From Naegleria gruberi (taxonomy: Eukaryota): 64,000 bases of DNA. Where the stretch lies: the NCBI GenBank assembly GCA_000004985.1, contig GG738845.1; one strand, given 5' to 3'. Shown piece by piece: positions 30,791-43,420 of the stretch; position 1 is the stretch's first letter, and each line of letters starts with the position of its first letter. Made by a program: the position numbers and the translations under genes. Under the pieces are notes generated by a model that ran no database searches, was not told where the DNA came from, and saw nothing but the letters and a program-made list of their open reading frames with translations.

Positions 30791-33231
30791 ATGTCCAAAG
30801 ATGAGTCAATCATGATGGAAGAAGAAATGTACTCACCTTCCATGACAATTCAACAAGATGAAGAAGATCACTGTACGTACACATTCTCTCCTATTGTTTT
30901 GATCAATTTTGAATGATGATGACAACAGTTAAACAATCAAAGACCAATCCAATAATCAAATCATCATCCCGAATTCAAAATATCCTCCTCTATATATTAT
31001 TAATAGTCTTTATATTATCCTCTTTGATAGGCTTGGTGTTGGCTTTTATTGATTTTTCATTCCCTGATCGGACCAACACTTCCAATCGATTCATTACAAG
31101 TAATAATCAAATAGTTATTGATTTACCTGTGGAAGCATTCATGATGGTCCTATCAATTGGATGTATTTGTATTGCCTTTATGATATTCATGTGGATTGGA
31201 TTGAAAAGGAGAGCCATTAATAATGATCAACAAGAAGGAAAGGAAGAATTGAAACAATTGAAAGATAAATTGGAGGTTGATGCAATGGTTTTGACATTTA
31301 CTAGACAATTTTTCAAGAGGGAAATCAAGTATTTAATTCCATTCATTATCATTGTTGGTTCATTGTTAATTGGATTCGATCAGACGAATTTATTTGTTAC
31401 GAATTCCATTTGTTTTATTTTGGGATGTTTTGCAGTCATTTTGGCAACCTATGTTAATGGTTTAATTTCGAATAGCAATTCAAGTATATATAGTGGAGGG
31501 GAGATAATTGGCTTATCTATTAGGTTTGGAAGTGTGATTGGATTTTTAACACTTGGTATTTCATTGATCATGTTAATTGCTTGCTTTTTACTCTTTTCAA
31601 ATTTTAATGCTGTACTGTCCTTTGTGTTGGGATGTAGTTCCATTTCATTGATTAGTCAATTGAGTGGATCTGTTTTTCAAAAGTCAGCTGATGTAACCAT
31701 GAATTTATTGGGGCAATATATTAATAGTAGTACGACAGGTCAAGAAGAAAATTTAACATCTGACCATAAGAGAAATCCAATTGTTATTGCCAAAATTGTG
31801 GGAGAACATATTGGTGGAATAGTAGCTCACTCTACTGATGTTATTCACTCGTTTGTAGCAATTGTTGTTCTCTCCTCAATTATTGGAAGTCAATACTTTG
31901 GAACGAATGGAGTTTCTCTGCCTCTCTACTTGGTTATTATAAACATTTTGACTTCTATTATTGGAATAGTTGTGGCTGCACTTTCTAATATAATATATCC
32001 ATCACTGCAAACCAACAATGAAAATAATCAAGAGGTTGAAAAGAAAATATCAAAATTGATAGTCAAGTCTGTAGCAATTAGTGGAACAATTAATATGGTA
32101 CTTGTTCTGGCACTCACATTCACTCTCTTTGATGTTATCACACAGGGATGGGCTATATTCGGTTGCTACCTGATTGGATTCTTGAATGGTGGAGTTTTAA
32201 TTCAATTCTTATTCAGATATTATACTTTCCACAGATATCGTCCAGTTCAATACCTGGCTCTCAATTCTACAAGTTGGTATCACTATGTTTCAAGTGGATT
32301 TTCTCATTCAGTTCTATCCCTCATTATTCCAATACTTTCCATTATTGTCAATATCATTCTTTGTAGTGCTCTTTCTACTTTCATGACAGGTGGTAGAGCA
32401 TTTGGATCATTATTTGGGTTGACAATTTCTGGTATTGGCATGTCTGCAAATATAATTTTCTTCCTAGTACTGGATACTATTGTTCCAAATATGAATATTA
32501 GACACTTGGATCAGAAAGAAACCAAATTGAATCCAACTCTTCACACTTACTTTTTAACAAATGGTGGTGTGAATAGAGGTTGTCTTTTAAGTATTACTCT
32601 ATTTTTCTGTTTGAGTGGTTTGCAATTTTTGATGGTCAAGAGTGGCTTGGGTGTTGTAAACATGATAGATCTTTCTACCTTGATTGGCTTGATTGTTGGA
32701 TTGGTACTGCCATTTATTATTGTTGGACTATTGTGGAGCACAATTAATTATTGCTCCATGCAAATGATTAATGAATGTAAAGGTCAATTGAGAGAAATTG
32801 ATGGCCTGTTAGAAGGTAGACTAAATAGTAAACCTAATTATGAGAATATGAACCGATTACAGGGTGTGAAATCTATCAGAGGCGTCATTATGATTACTAG
32901 TATCATTTTTTTAGCACCAACTTTGATAGGGTTAATTGGAAGACAAAAAATGTTGCTTGGATTTTTAGTGAGCTTTTCATTGGTTGGCTATTTTCTTTCA
33001 TTTATAATGTTAAACTTGGGCTTTTCTTGGAATTCTGTGAGAAGAATTGTGGAGCTAAAATATACTGAGCAGTCTCTTCATATGGATATCACAAGACATA
33101 ATACTGTCATTGCGGACACTGTTGGAATTTCATTAAGAGACTCTCTTGCTCCTTCCCTTTTATCTAGTGTTAGAGTTGTTACTCTAATTTGTCTAGTGAT
33201 AGCCCCAACATTGAAATTTCTATATCCATAA
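30791..33231 (+). CDS. divergent membrane H+-translocating pyrophosphatase (M-PPase) family paralog, key catalytic Asp residues substituted (likely non-canonical/inactive)
   Basis: Probable exon 1 30791-30872 (MSKDESIMMEEEMYSPSMTIQQDEEDH), then a GTACGT...CAACAG intron 30873-30928, then exon 2 in frame. About 790 aa with about 16 TM helices. SGSVFQKSADVTMNLLGQ aligns to GGGIYTKAADVGADLVGK, and [25 protein letters not shown] aligns to [25 protein letters not shown]. C-terminal TVIADTVGISLRDSLAPSLLSSVRVVTLICLVIAP aligns to [36 protein letters not shown]. Confidence 0.75.
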
Positions 33232-33399
33232 GCGGATTACTTAAAGTTGATGATTTTTGGGATGGTTAATTTTATGGTTTCTAATCAAGCAGAAAAGGAA
33301 ATTCTTTCCATTCACATGTGAATGGATTATTGATGAAGAAGTAAAAAAAGGATTGCTTAGTAAAACCCCGCCATTTATAGTATGGAATTATTTTAAATA

Positions 33400-33723
33400 A
33401 TGGAAAAAACACCCAAGCAAGCATCTGTGGTGATGCTTATTAATGTCCCTAGAGGCAAACAAGCAAAAACGATTATCAAATCAATAGCAAAATATTTTGA
33501 TATCAAGGGAACAGTACAAAGAATTAATGTCTACCAAGTAAAAATTGTTTTTGAGAGCAATCACCATATCAATTTAGGTCTCTTTACTTCAGAATTATAT
33601 TTTAAATTTAAACAATTTAATCTTGTCGATTTTTACTTTGAAGAAAAAAAGTATTTAACATCATTCGATATTATCAAAGCAAACACTAATGTAGAATTAA
33701 GTAGTTATAGGAATAGGTTTTAA
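33400..33723 (+). CDS. hypothetical small protein (107 aa); weak call
   Basis: ORF only; no family. It may be an exon of a larger gene together with the 33730-34312 open frame. Confidence 0.2.
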   Translation: MEKTPKQASVVMLINVPRGKQAKTIIKSIAKYFDIKGTVQRINVYQVKIVFESNHHINLGLFTSELYFKFKQFNLVDFYFEEKKYLTSFDIIKANTNVELSSYRNRF

Positions 33724-33937
33724 TGATGACTCAAAAATTCCCAAAATAAGTGTTCAATTTTCTAAAGATGAGGCGATAACTTGGAATCTAGTTAAAGTAT
33801 TTGTTGAAAAATGTACACTACTGACTGCTATTTCTGAAAGTAGTGAAAACATATCAGAAAGTGAAAATCAAGAAATTGGAAAACTACAATTTTTAGACAG
33901 CTTAAAACAAGCATCTGAAATTATTGAAAAAAAGAAG

Positions 33938-34312
33938 TTGAAAAAAAGCAAGAAACATCATGAATTAGATGAACCTATTTCAGCAAAAAAGAATCTGGAA
34001 AGAATAGAGGGATCATTAATTATTGGTAATCTTGTGTTAAACAAAAGCAATCCAAAAAGTTGGAGCCCTGAGCAAGTAAAGGTGGTTTTATTAGATACTG
34101 AGTTGGGTGTTGGATTGGATGAAGAAGAGTTCCAAAACCTCAAGTTGAAAGGGCGTGACTTGTATTATATTGTTGATGCTTTGATTAGTTTTAATGGTGA
34201 TAAAGAAGCAAAGATTAGTCATGCCTTTTCACAGCCTCTTGGAATTGAATGTCCCAAGATTAAAAACATCATTGTTAGATGGGTATTTGATAATTTACTT
34301 GAATACAAATAG
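33938..34312 (+). CDS. hypothetical protein; frame is open upstream to about 33730, so the true start is uncertain
   Basis: ORF with coding-like composition and an acidic/Ser-rich upstream extension in the same frame. Confidence 0.25.
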   Translation: MKKSKKHHELDEPISAKKNLERIEGSLIIGNLVLNKSNPKSWSPEQVKVVLLDTELGVGLDEEEFQNLKLKGRDLYYIVDALISFNGDKEAKISHAFSQPLGIECPKIKNIIVRWVFDNLLEYK

Positions 34313-34401
34313 AGATTGTTTGATTAAATGTTTCTCTATTTGTATTCAAGTAAATATTAATATTAAGACATATTTACCAAGAGTTTAAATTGTGGACAAG
34401 T

Positions 34402-36894
34402 TTATTCGAAGGACTTTTCAATAAACAAAATTTCCCTCGAAACATCATCATAGAATGTTTGTGTGCATACTTCATCCATATGACCATGCTTGTGCACTTT
34501 GAGTACTTGATGTTTGTTTGTTGGTTGAGTGAGATTTCGTTTTCTAATAATGGCCATTGTTTTTGCAATATTCCAAAGAGGACATTTAAAATCATCAATG
34601 CTTCCTGTAACATAAAGATTGGTGTTGAAATCATCTTTTCCTTGCATGATTAAATGATATGGAGAGTAAGACATCATGAGATGGGCAATTTCCTTGCTCT
34701 CTTTTGGACTTCCATATTCATCAAACTCGTGTTCTGTGAGTGGTAATGATTCATCCAACATGGTTGTCAAAACATCCAAGAATGGTACTTTCAATACAAG
34801 TGTATTGAAAATATTCTCATTTCTGTACATTAGAGAAGTGCTCATCATTAATAATCCACCTGCACTGATTCCACGTCCAATAAATAGTCCATTCCTAGTG
34901 AGTTTCTTCTCGTTGACCAAGTAATTGGTTACCGATTTCAAATCCTTCATACTATTTGATTTTAATTCTTTCACTCCTCCCTTGTACCATTGAATTCCAT
35001 TCTCCTTTCCACCTCTCACGTGAGCATAGACGAAAATGTATCCTCTCTTTAAAAAGTATTCTCTATAGGCATAGAATAGGGTATTATCAGCAATTTGTAA
35101 ATCTTCCATTAGGTGAGTTCCGTATGCTCCATACCCAATTAAAAAACACTTGCTATGGTCTGTAACAGTGGTCTTATCGTAAAGAATGGTAATAGGAATA
35201 TTATTCTCAATTACTATCGACTCGGTTACTAGATTATCATTTGCAATGATATGGGAATTAAAGAGAGTGGTAGCTGAATCGTCCTTCAAATCAAATTTTA
35301 CAAGGATTGGATTTCTGCGAATGAGGGAATGGCATTTGATATTATAAAATGAGCCATTATAATCTAAATTGGCTCCAATTTCAATATAATGAGTATTTTC
35401 TGGTATTGGCAAGTATGAAAATTCTCTTGTTGAAATGTTATACTTGAGTAATTTTGGAATACTGTTCTCTATCAAGTAAATGACGAGAAAATTGGAGAAA
35501 ATATCAATCTCATGAATTGTCTGGCCCTTCTTGTGGGTAAAAAGGACCGTCTTGTCATCTTCTCCTTTCAGAAGGTTCTCCCTAGAGACTGAGAAAATAT
35601 CCAAATCTGACTCAGGATCGTTGTTTGTGATAATATAGCATGTTTCAGTTTCTTTGTGGTATTCGAAAAAGTATTGAGATCCCTCCTTTCTTTTTTGAAT
35701 GCATTTTAACTCAAAATCCATATCATTTGTTGGAATCAATGCATGAACTTCTGTCGTTGTCTTGCTATTGATAGAAATGTATTTGAGGTCATTGTCTTTA
35801 GTTCGTCCAATATCTATAAAGAATTTATCATCCAACTCTTCCAACAAGAGTTTTTCTCTAAACGAGATGAATTCGCTATCTGAATATTTTCTATAGAATG
35901 CCTTATTAGTCCTATACTTTTCATCAGTGGTAGTATAGAGAAGATACAAGCTTCCATCTGGAAAAATATCGAGCTCTAAATTTGAAATATTAGGAATATC
36001 GTCCACAACATGTACCACCTTATTCTTGTGTTTAAGGACTATATAATTGGAATTGTTAATTTCTATTATGGTGGCAGAGTATTGTAAGCAGTGACTATTC
36101 TTATGGTTCACTAAATTATATGAGAGACTACCATCTTGTGTAATTCTCTTTACATTTTTCTTTACATAATGTTCCACATCTGAATAGATAGCCTGCTTGT
36201 TGTAAATAATTTCCATATTTCCATGAGGTATGGATGACATTAGTCTCGATCGAATAGAAACATTCTTTGTAAATAAAGATTCAAATGATTGACAAACTCC
36301 ATGATAAAATTCATCACAATAAATAGACTTTGTATCCAAATCTCCAATAGGAATTCTAGTAATATATTGATCAAAATTGAATGAAAAGTAAATATAAGTA
36401 TTGGTAGTCTCAATATCTGTCAAGAATAATTTATCATTAAATACATAAAACGAATTCTCCTTATTTTGTTGCATTTCCTTCAATTCTTTTTTAATTTTCT
36501 TTGTTTCCTTCTTGTATTGCTCAAAATATTCATCATAATAATCAATTTCCTGTTTTAAATAATTATCACATTCAACTATATCGGAAGATAATTTAAAGAA
36601 GGGATCTCGAATTTCAACATTGTGTACTCGATAGGTTGTTTCGAGATGTTCATCATTGAGGAAGGGAATTTTAGGCTTTTTCTTGAACAGAGAAAAATAA
36701 TTTCTATTCCATAATGATGAAGTTTTTGAATTGTTGTTGCTAATTTGATGATGATTAAATAGTGATGCTGATGATGGTTTGCAAAGTAGTTGTGGACATG
36801 ATTGAATATGTATTATCTGTAATTTCCGATTGACTGTAAGGAGCTTTTGTTTTAACATTTTTTTTTCAATCAATTTTAACTTGATTAAATTCAT
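34402..36894 (-). CDS. prolyl oligopeptidase (S9) family serine peptidase, oligopeptidase B-like
   Basis: 830-aa ORF. C-terminal catalytic domain with GYGAYG..., a nucleophile motif GRGISAGGLLM (GxSxGG) and a downstream HGxxD-type segment (KVHKHGHMDE). Long N-terminal beta-propeller-sized region. Confidence 0.8.
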   Translation of the reverse strand: MNLIKLKLIEKKMLKQKLLTVNRKLQIIHIQSCPQLLCKPSSASLFNHHQISNNNSKTSSLWNRNYFSLFKKKPKIPFLNDEHLETTYRVHNVEIRDPFFKLSSDIVECDNYLKQEIDYYDEYFEQYKKETKKIKKELKEMQQNKENSFYVFNDKLFLTDIETTNTYIYFSFNFDQYITRIPIGDLDTKSIYCDEFYHGVCQSFESLFTKNVSIRSRLMSSIPHGNMEIIYNKQAIYSDVEHYVKKNVKRITQDGSLSYNLVNHKNSHCLQYSATIIEINNSNYIVLKHKNKVVHVVDDIPNISNLELDIFPDGSLYLLYTTTDEKYRTNKAFYRKYSDSEFISFREKLLLEELDDKFFIDIGRTKDNDLKYISINSKTTTEVHALIPTNDMDFELKCIQKRKEGSQYFFEYHKETETCYIITNNDPESDLDIFSVSRENLLKGEDDKTVLFTHKKGQTIHEIDIFSNFLVIYLIENSIPKLLKYNISTREFSYLPIPENTHYIEIGANLDYNGSFYNIKCHSLIRRNPILVKFDLKDDSATTLFNSHIIANDNLVTESIVIENNIPITILYDKTTVTDHSKCFLIGYGAYGTHLMEDLQIADNTLFYAYREYFLKRGYIFVYAHVRGGKENGIQWYKGGVKELKSNSMKDLKSVTNYLVNEKKLTRNGLFIGRGISAGGLLMMSTSLMYRNENIFNTLVLKVPFLDVLTTMLDESLPLTEHEFDEYGSPKESKEIAHLMMSYSPYHLIMQGKDDFNTNLYVTGSIDDFKCPLWNIAKTMAIIRKRNLTQPTNKHQVLKVHKHGHMDEVCTQTFYDDVSREILFIEKSFE

Positions 36895-37058
36895 TTACAT
36901 AATATTTAAATTCATTATTGTCCTGATAATGAAAGCTAAATAGTGAAACGGTCGCATTACAGTTACATATTAAGGTGGAGCCCAATAGTGCTTATTTTTG
37001 TTGGCGCCATTTCCTATCGTTAAGAATTAAGTAACGTTATTCTTCATCTCTAAAAAAA

Positions 37059-38901
37059 ATGAAATCATCAGCAACCACTACAACCTCATCATCGGGCATT
37101 AAGAAGGTAGGTTTATTAAATGTAACTTTGAATCATTTGTTTTGTATGATGTATTAAATAGCAGTCGATAGAAAGGAAAGTTGTTGCGCTCAAAGATAAG
37201 AACGATCTGCTGGAGAGTACCAATCAGCAATTAAATTCCGTCATTGCCCAACAACAACAAGAAATAAGAACATTGGAAACAGCATTAGAACTTGCTAAGG
37301 GTCATGATGCTCAACAATTCTATAACTTTGGAGCCTTCCAGTTGGAAATACAAAGCTTGAAGGAACATCTTCAAAAATCTAATAATGAAATTGTACAATT
37401 AAAATACGAGAAGCAACATACAGAGGCATCACTAGACGAGAAAACAGAACAAGTAAACTTGTTAGAACAACAAAAGGAAAATCTCATGTCCATGATTGAC
37501 TCACAGAGAAAAGAGTTGACAAGTCTGAAAAGTAGTGTTGATAATTTGAAGGAAAGATCAACCCAACTAAAGAGAGCAGATATTGAAATCACTAGGTCAA
37601 GAAAAGAAATGGAAGAAATCAAATCCAAAATGGAAAATTTTTCAAAAGAATATGCACAAGAGAAGGAGGCAAGAGAAAAGATTGAAATGGATTTTGAGGA
37701 GTACAGGGAGAGCACAACCAATGAGAATGAATCATTGAAAGAGCAACTCGATAAGTTTGCTGCAATGAACTTCCAATATCAAAAACAAGTGAATGAACTT
37801 CAATCAGAAAATTACAGACTGAAAGACATGTCAGAAACAGCAATTATGAAGCATAAAGAGTTGGAGGAAGTTATCAAAATTTTAAAGGAAGAAAGAAAGA
37901 ACTCAGAAGAGGAATTATGTAACAGACTCAAAGAAAGAATTGCTCAATTAACTAAACTGAATAGTGAAAAGGATGCAATTCTGATTTCACAACAAGAACT
38001 TCAATTCAAGTGCATGGAAAAGGAAGAGGCACTAAAGCAAAAAGAAGAATATCTGGACACTTTGCAGCAAAAGATTTCCAATCAAGATGAAAACAAAAAG
38101 ATTATGCAAAAAACACTTTTACATCAATTAGAATCTTTGAGGAAGGAAATTCAACTCAAAGAAGAGGAAATTACCAACTTGAAAGAGTATGTCGAGAGGG
38201 CTGATAAGGATAACAATAGGTTAAAGATTCTTGTTAAGGCATTGAAGAGAAACCAAGAGGAACGAGCTCAAAAGGTTGGAAAGGAAAGAGGTTTAGTATC
38301 AGCTCTTAACACATCCACATCCACAACACTTTCTTATTTGGAGAGTCATGCAGTAATGGCAGTACCAACCTCTTCTACCAATAACACTATGGTCAACCCA
38401 ATTGCGACAGAAGAACACTACCCAGAAGCTTCAATCACTTTCGAACAAGAACCAAACATTCCAAGATCAGTTGTGTCAACACCTAAGCAAGATTCTCCTC
38501 AGCCAATTATAACTACCACAATAATAGAACCACCAGTAATGTCCAGGGAAATAACAAGGGAACCAGAATTCATTTCACAATTCACTAAATCTCCCAAACT
38601 TTCCAGAAAACCATTGGCTAACATTACCAATTCTGCACAACCTCAATCAGTTTTATCTTATCAACCAGTTAAAAAAACTCCAAACAAATCTATCAAACAA
38701 TATGAGCCTCTTCCAACACCTCAATATGCCAAGACCCTAAACGACCTTGCTATGATTAGTCCATCTCCTTATCATGGCACTAAGCAATCTTATCAACCAT
38801 CTCACAGCATTTCTAATAAGGAAAACATTTGTGACATGAGCGTTTTGAGTACTCCATCATTCCAGAGAATGGATCTCTTTGAATTGGCAGATATGAAATA
38901 A
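37059..38901 (+). CDS. long coiled-coil protein with Ser/Thr/Pro-rich C-terminal tail
   Basis: Exon 1 37059-37106 (MKSSATTTTSSSGIKK), GTAGGT...AAATAG intron 37107-37161, exon 2 from 37162 in frame with ORF 37273-38901. Heptad-rich sequence (LKEHLQKSNNEIVQLKYEKQ..., many E/K/L). Confidence 0.6.
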
Positions 38902-38997
38902 ACGTTTAATAAATTCTAGACCTTAAATAATTGCAAAAAATCTACTCATTAAATCTTTGCAACATAGCAGCCAAATCATCCATCAACCACAAAAAAA

Positions 38998-41586
38998 ATG
39001 CCTGCAGGAGCCTGGATTATGAATAAGCTTTATACCTTGGGAAATGGATTTTACGACATGACCATGACCAAGCAATCGGATCGTGTAAAATATAAATACG
39101 AAAAGAAGATGAAACAAGTTGAAAAGTTTGTTAGTGAAGATGGTGCCATCAAATCTCACTCGATCGATCAAAAGAAAGTGATCATCACGTACGTATTTGT
39201 TTGTTTGATTAGTCACTTACGTTTAACAGCTTCGACAATTCTCGTTTGACTTTGCGTTGTATTGACAATATTGTTTGGAAGGTTTCATTCATGCCAAAAG
39301 AGTCGGTTGAATAGTAAGTACTGATAGTTAAAATAATATTAAATTTGAGAACACGATCCATTCAATCAATTAAATTATAGTCCATCACTAGTAGTTTCCG
39401 ATGATGCTCTTAATTTTGTAAATATTATTGTTGATGAGGAGAATGAAGATTTTATTACATTCAAACCAGCTGACAGTGCATTGACCAAACTCAAACTCAA
39501 CAAGAAGAATCTTTCCATTGATATCCTGACACAATTTACCAATGACCAATATACTACTGCTTTCAGTAATATCAAGGTTGCAACCAGACCAAAGGATGAA
39601 CAAGCAACTAATATTTCCTTTGGATATAATGTTTCAACTGTAAAGAGTGTTTCAAATGATTGGTTTGGTCTGGGAGAAAAGTCCAACTCTGTCAAGAAGA
39701 ATGGTAAAAAATACTTGTTCTGGAATTGGGATTCATTTGCTTATCAGAGTGAAACTGATCCACTTTATCAAAGCATTCCTTTCGGTATTGTCTCATCTAA
39801 ATTTGAAATTGATCAAGGAAAAACAGAGAGAAGATTTAATGGTATCTTTATTGACAATTATGGTATGCAACAATGGGATTTAACTTCAGAAGAACATTTT
39901 TCCGCCAATCTTGAAAGCTTCCCATGTAATGTTTACTTTATGGCTAATAATGCCAAGACACCATTCAATATTTCAAAGACCTATGAACAATTGACTGGTG
40001 CCAATCCAATGGTTCCATTGTGGGTTTTAGGTTATCATCAATGTAGATGGTCCTACTATCCAGATACTCAAGTCAAGGAAATTGCTCAAGAATTCCTCGA
40101 TCGTGACATTCCTTGTGATGTCATTTATTTGGACATTGATTATATGGATGGTTATAGAGATTTTACATGGAGTAAGACTGATTTCCCAAATCCAAGAGAA
40201 TTACTTAAATGGCTTCACGAAAGAAAATTCAAAGTGGTCACAATTTTAGACCCAGGTGTCAAGGTTGATTCCAATTATGATGTCTACAAGACTGGGGTTG
40301 AAGGAAATCATTTCTGTGCCTATCCTAACGGTAAACTCTATGAAGGTGTTGTTTGGCCTGGTGCTACTCACATGCCTTCCTATACTTCTGAACCAGTTAG
40401 AAAGTGGTGGGCTGATTGGTATAAGGGACTCATTGAAGATGGTGTTGATGGTTTCTGGAATGACATGAACTGTCCATCAGTTAAAGTCAATCCAATAGAA
40501 GCTGGTACCATGGATGACAATGTTTTACAAGTTATGGATGCACCTTATCCAAGTCCACAAATGCACAAGGATATTCACAACTTTTATGGTAGTTCCATGG
40601 CTATTGCAAGTAGAGAGGGTATTGAAAAATTCCAAAGACCACTCAATAGAAGATCATTCCTCTTTGCCCGTGCTTGTTTTGCAGGTATTCAAAAACATGC
40701 TGGATCTTGGAGTGGTGACAATATGTCTACATTTGAACATTTAGCAATTTCTTTGAGATTATTAATGGGACAATCAATTTGTGGTCAACTCATGGTTGGT
40801 GCTGATATTGGTGGATTCAGATGGAATTGTTTCCCTGAATTGTATGCACGTTGGATTGCATTTGGTTCCATCTTTTATCCTTATTGTAGATCTCACACTG
40901 ACAAGTTCACTATTCAACAAGAACCATGGTCTTTTGGTGAACAAGTCGAAGCCATCTCAAAGAAGTTTATCAAACTCAGATATCAATTAATGCCATACTT
41001 GTACACAGCCTCTGTTCTCCACAGTAAGAGATCAATGCCAATGATTAGACCACTATTCTATGATTTCTCAAGCGATGAAGAATGTTACAATCAAGAATGG
41101 TTAGATACACAAGGTATGATTGGTAATGCTCTTATGGTGGCTCCAATCTTACATGAAAAACAAACTTCCAGAAAGGTCTACTTGCCTAAACTTGAAGAAG
41201 AAAAGTGGTACGACTTTTTCAATCCAGCCAATTCATATGAAGGTGGACAAGTTATCACTGTTGAAGCTCCTTTGGATCATTTACCAGTTTTTGTTAAGGG
41301 AGGTTCAGTCATTCCAATGAGACAAACTCATGCTCAATCAGTTTATGATTTACATTTGGTTGACTTGACTTTCAAATCTTTCGGAAGTATTGTTACCTCA
41401 CAACAAAACTACCTCTACTTGGATGATGGTATCAGTTTGGATTATGAAAATGGATTGTATGGTTTCTACCAAATTGAAGATGCTAATGGTACCCTCAAAT
41501 TATTGGAAGGTAATGGTTTCCCAACACGCTTGGAGATTGGAAAGGACTTTGAAAATCTTGAACAGTTCACTGCCAAATTCTATTAA
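38998..41586 (+). CDS. glycoside hydrolase family 31 alpha-glucosidase (multi-exon; 5' exon assignment uncertain)
   Basis: The main exon (about 39381-41586) contains the GH31 catalytic nucleophile region DGFWNDMNCPS and IHNFYGSSMA, plus DVIYLDIDYMDGYRDFTW, typical of GH31 (glucosidase II-like). Upstream small exons at 38998-39193 and about 39262-39316 are bounded by GTACGT and GTAAGT...ATTATAG introns. Whether 38998 is the real start is unproven. Confidence 0.8.
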
Positions 41587-41818
41587 ACAAATATATTCAA
41601 TCCAATAATTATTATTAGTGAGAGAAGAATAAAAACTCTTTATAAATTTAGATATTGCTCCTAAGGAAGTTTATTGTGATGACAGCAACAAATCGTAGTG
41701 TTTGCTGTTTGGTTCGTTCCGAATGTTAAAACCGCCAAATTTTACAATTACTTCCCAAGAGCAAAGGTTCCCTCCAAAACCACAAAAAAAATAGCCTTAA
41801 AACCTTAAAGCCTCTAAG

Positions 41819-42141
41819 ATGTCTGAAAATAAGAAAGCTGTGATTAAAAATGCTGATATGGAAGAAAACATGCAAAGAGAAGCAGTAGATATTGCTGCTC
41901 AAGCTTTGGACAAGTTTAACATTGAAAAGGATATTGCTGCTCACATTAAGAAGGAATTCGATAAGAAATACAACCCAACTTGGCATTGTGTTGTGGGTAG
42001 AAATTTCGGAAGCTATGTTACCCACGAAAGTAAGTAGTTTTGTTAATTACAATTCTAATCAATTCTTTCAATATTATAGCTAAGCACTTTATCTATTTCT
42101 ACCTCGGTCAAGTTGCCGTCTTGTTGTTCAAATCAGGTTAA
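41819..42141 (+). CDS. dynein light chain LC8
   Basis: Exon 1 41819-42029 ([16 protein letters not shown]...[16 protein letters not shown]). GTAAGTAG...ATATTATAG intron 42030-42079 (50 nt, phase 1). Exon 2 42080-42141 encodes [20 protein letters not shown]. Near-canonical LC8 sequence throughout. Confidence 0.9.
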
Positions 42142-42307
42142 ATAAATCTAAGAATTGTAATATATATAAATATTTATTCAGGTTAATTATTATTGTCGGT
42201 TAGTGTTGATGAGCGCAGAGCAAGAATTTAAAGTGCTTTCACTGGCTTTTAGAACTTTAAAATTGTATTCTGATGATGAGTATTGAGGCTCAAAGCAATA
42301 ATAAAAA

Positions 42308-43282
42308 ATGAAAGAGCTGACCCTTAGCGATACTCCATCTATTGGATACAATAATCTTGTCGTGGACTCCAAGACTGATGTTATGGCCTACGTTTCAAAT
42401 GGTCAAATTGTTGCCAAGCCTTTGAAGGAATTTATTACAAACGGAAAGGTAGATGATAATACTGTAATTCAAAATTTGTCGGATTATGAAGTAAAGAATG
42501 TTGCTCTATGTATGGACGGAAAATGTATTGCAGCAACTTGCGAAAAGGGAGTGTTGGTAGGTAGTAGATGTCCTTCAAGTTCTCAATATTTTCATATGAT
42601 ACAATGATGATCATTTTAGTTTTATGAAGCTAAATCATTCTCCCTCTTATATTTCTACAAAATTGATGGAGAAATTACATTTACTTTTACTGCTCTTGCT
42701 GGAAGTGGAACTAAACTCTATGCAGGTGATACCAAGGGAAACTTATCGGTATTTACTCTCAATTCTCAAGATTCAATCATGTTGGAGAGCTGTAAGAATA
42801 TTTCCCTTTTTGAAATTACATCTGTAGTCTTCAATGGAGATCATGTTTGTGTGGGAACTGCTAATGGTGACGTTTTAATTATGAACTCAAAATGTGAAAC
42901 TATTAAGTGTCACAAGAATAAGGTAGAAGCTTTGGAATATCCATGTTCAAGCTTGAATATTGTTGGAAATGTTCTAATCTCAGCCTTTGCAAGTGGACAT
43001 GTTAGAATTTATGACCTTGTTTCTGGAAATAAGACAGCAGAACTTGGAGCTCACTCAAAGAGTGTCACTGCTCTTGCATCAAAGAGTAAGGGAGGTGAAA
43101 TTGTTTTCGTTACTGTATCTGAGGATTGTTCAGTGTTTGTTTGGAGTTACAATAACAAGATTTCAGCTGTCAAGGGAGATAGAATTAAGGATTCCATGAT
43201 TGTTGGAGTTCAATTTGTTGATGAAAATCGTCTCATGTTGACATGTTTCGAAAAGAAGGATTGTTTCTTAATGGATTTGTAA
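42308..43282 (+). CDS. hypothetical WD/beta-propeller-like protein, at least 3 exons
   Basis: ORFs 42308-42607 and 42779-43282 plus an open segment at about 42640-42780 (IDGEITFTFTALAGSGTKLYAGDTKGNLSVF) are joined by GTAGGT...AG introns. WD-like motifs: GHVRIYD, SEDCSVFVW. Confidence 0.4.
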
Positions 43283-43420
43283 TTTTAAATAGTACTAATG
43301 CAAGTATTGAAATAAACACAACGAGAATGTGTTTTTGTAATATGATCTTCAATATGTACCAATTGGTAGATCTCCAGATGTTGTTCTAGAAGAATCAATT
43401 CCAATTTTTAGAAGAAAAAA

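Noticed and set aside
38998-39216. 38998-39216 ORF as the definite first exon of the GH31 alpha-glucosidase
   Set aside because: Its sequence (MPAGAWIMNKLYTLGNGFYDM...) has no recognisable GH31 N-terminal features and no signal peptide. It may be a separate small gene or a UTR ORF. The gene span is therefore reported with a caveat.
41726-42083. ORFs 41726-42025 (-) and 41892-42083 (+) overlapping the LC8 gene
   Set aside because: The LC8 reading frame is near-identical to canonical dynein light chain, so the overlapping alternative-frame ORFs are artefacts.
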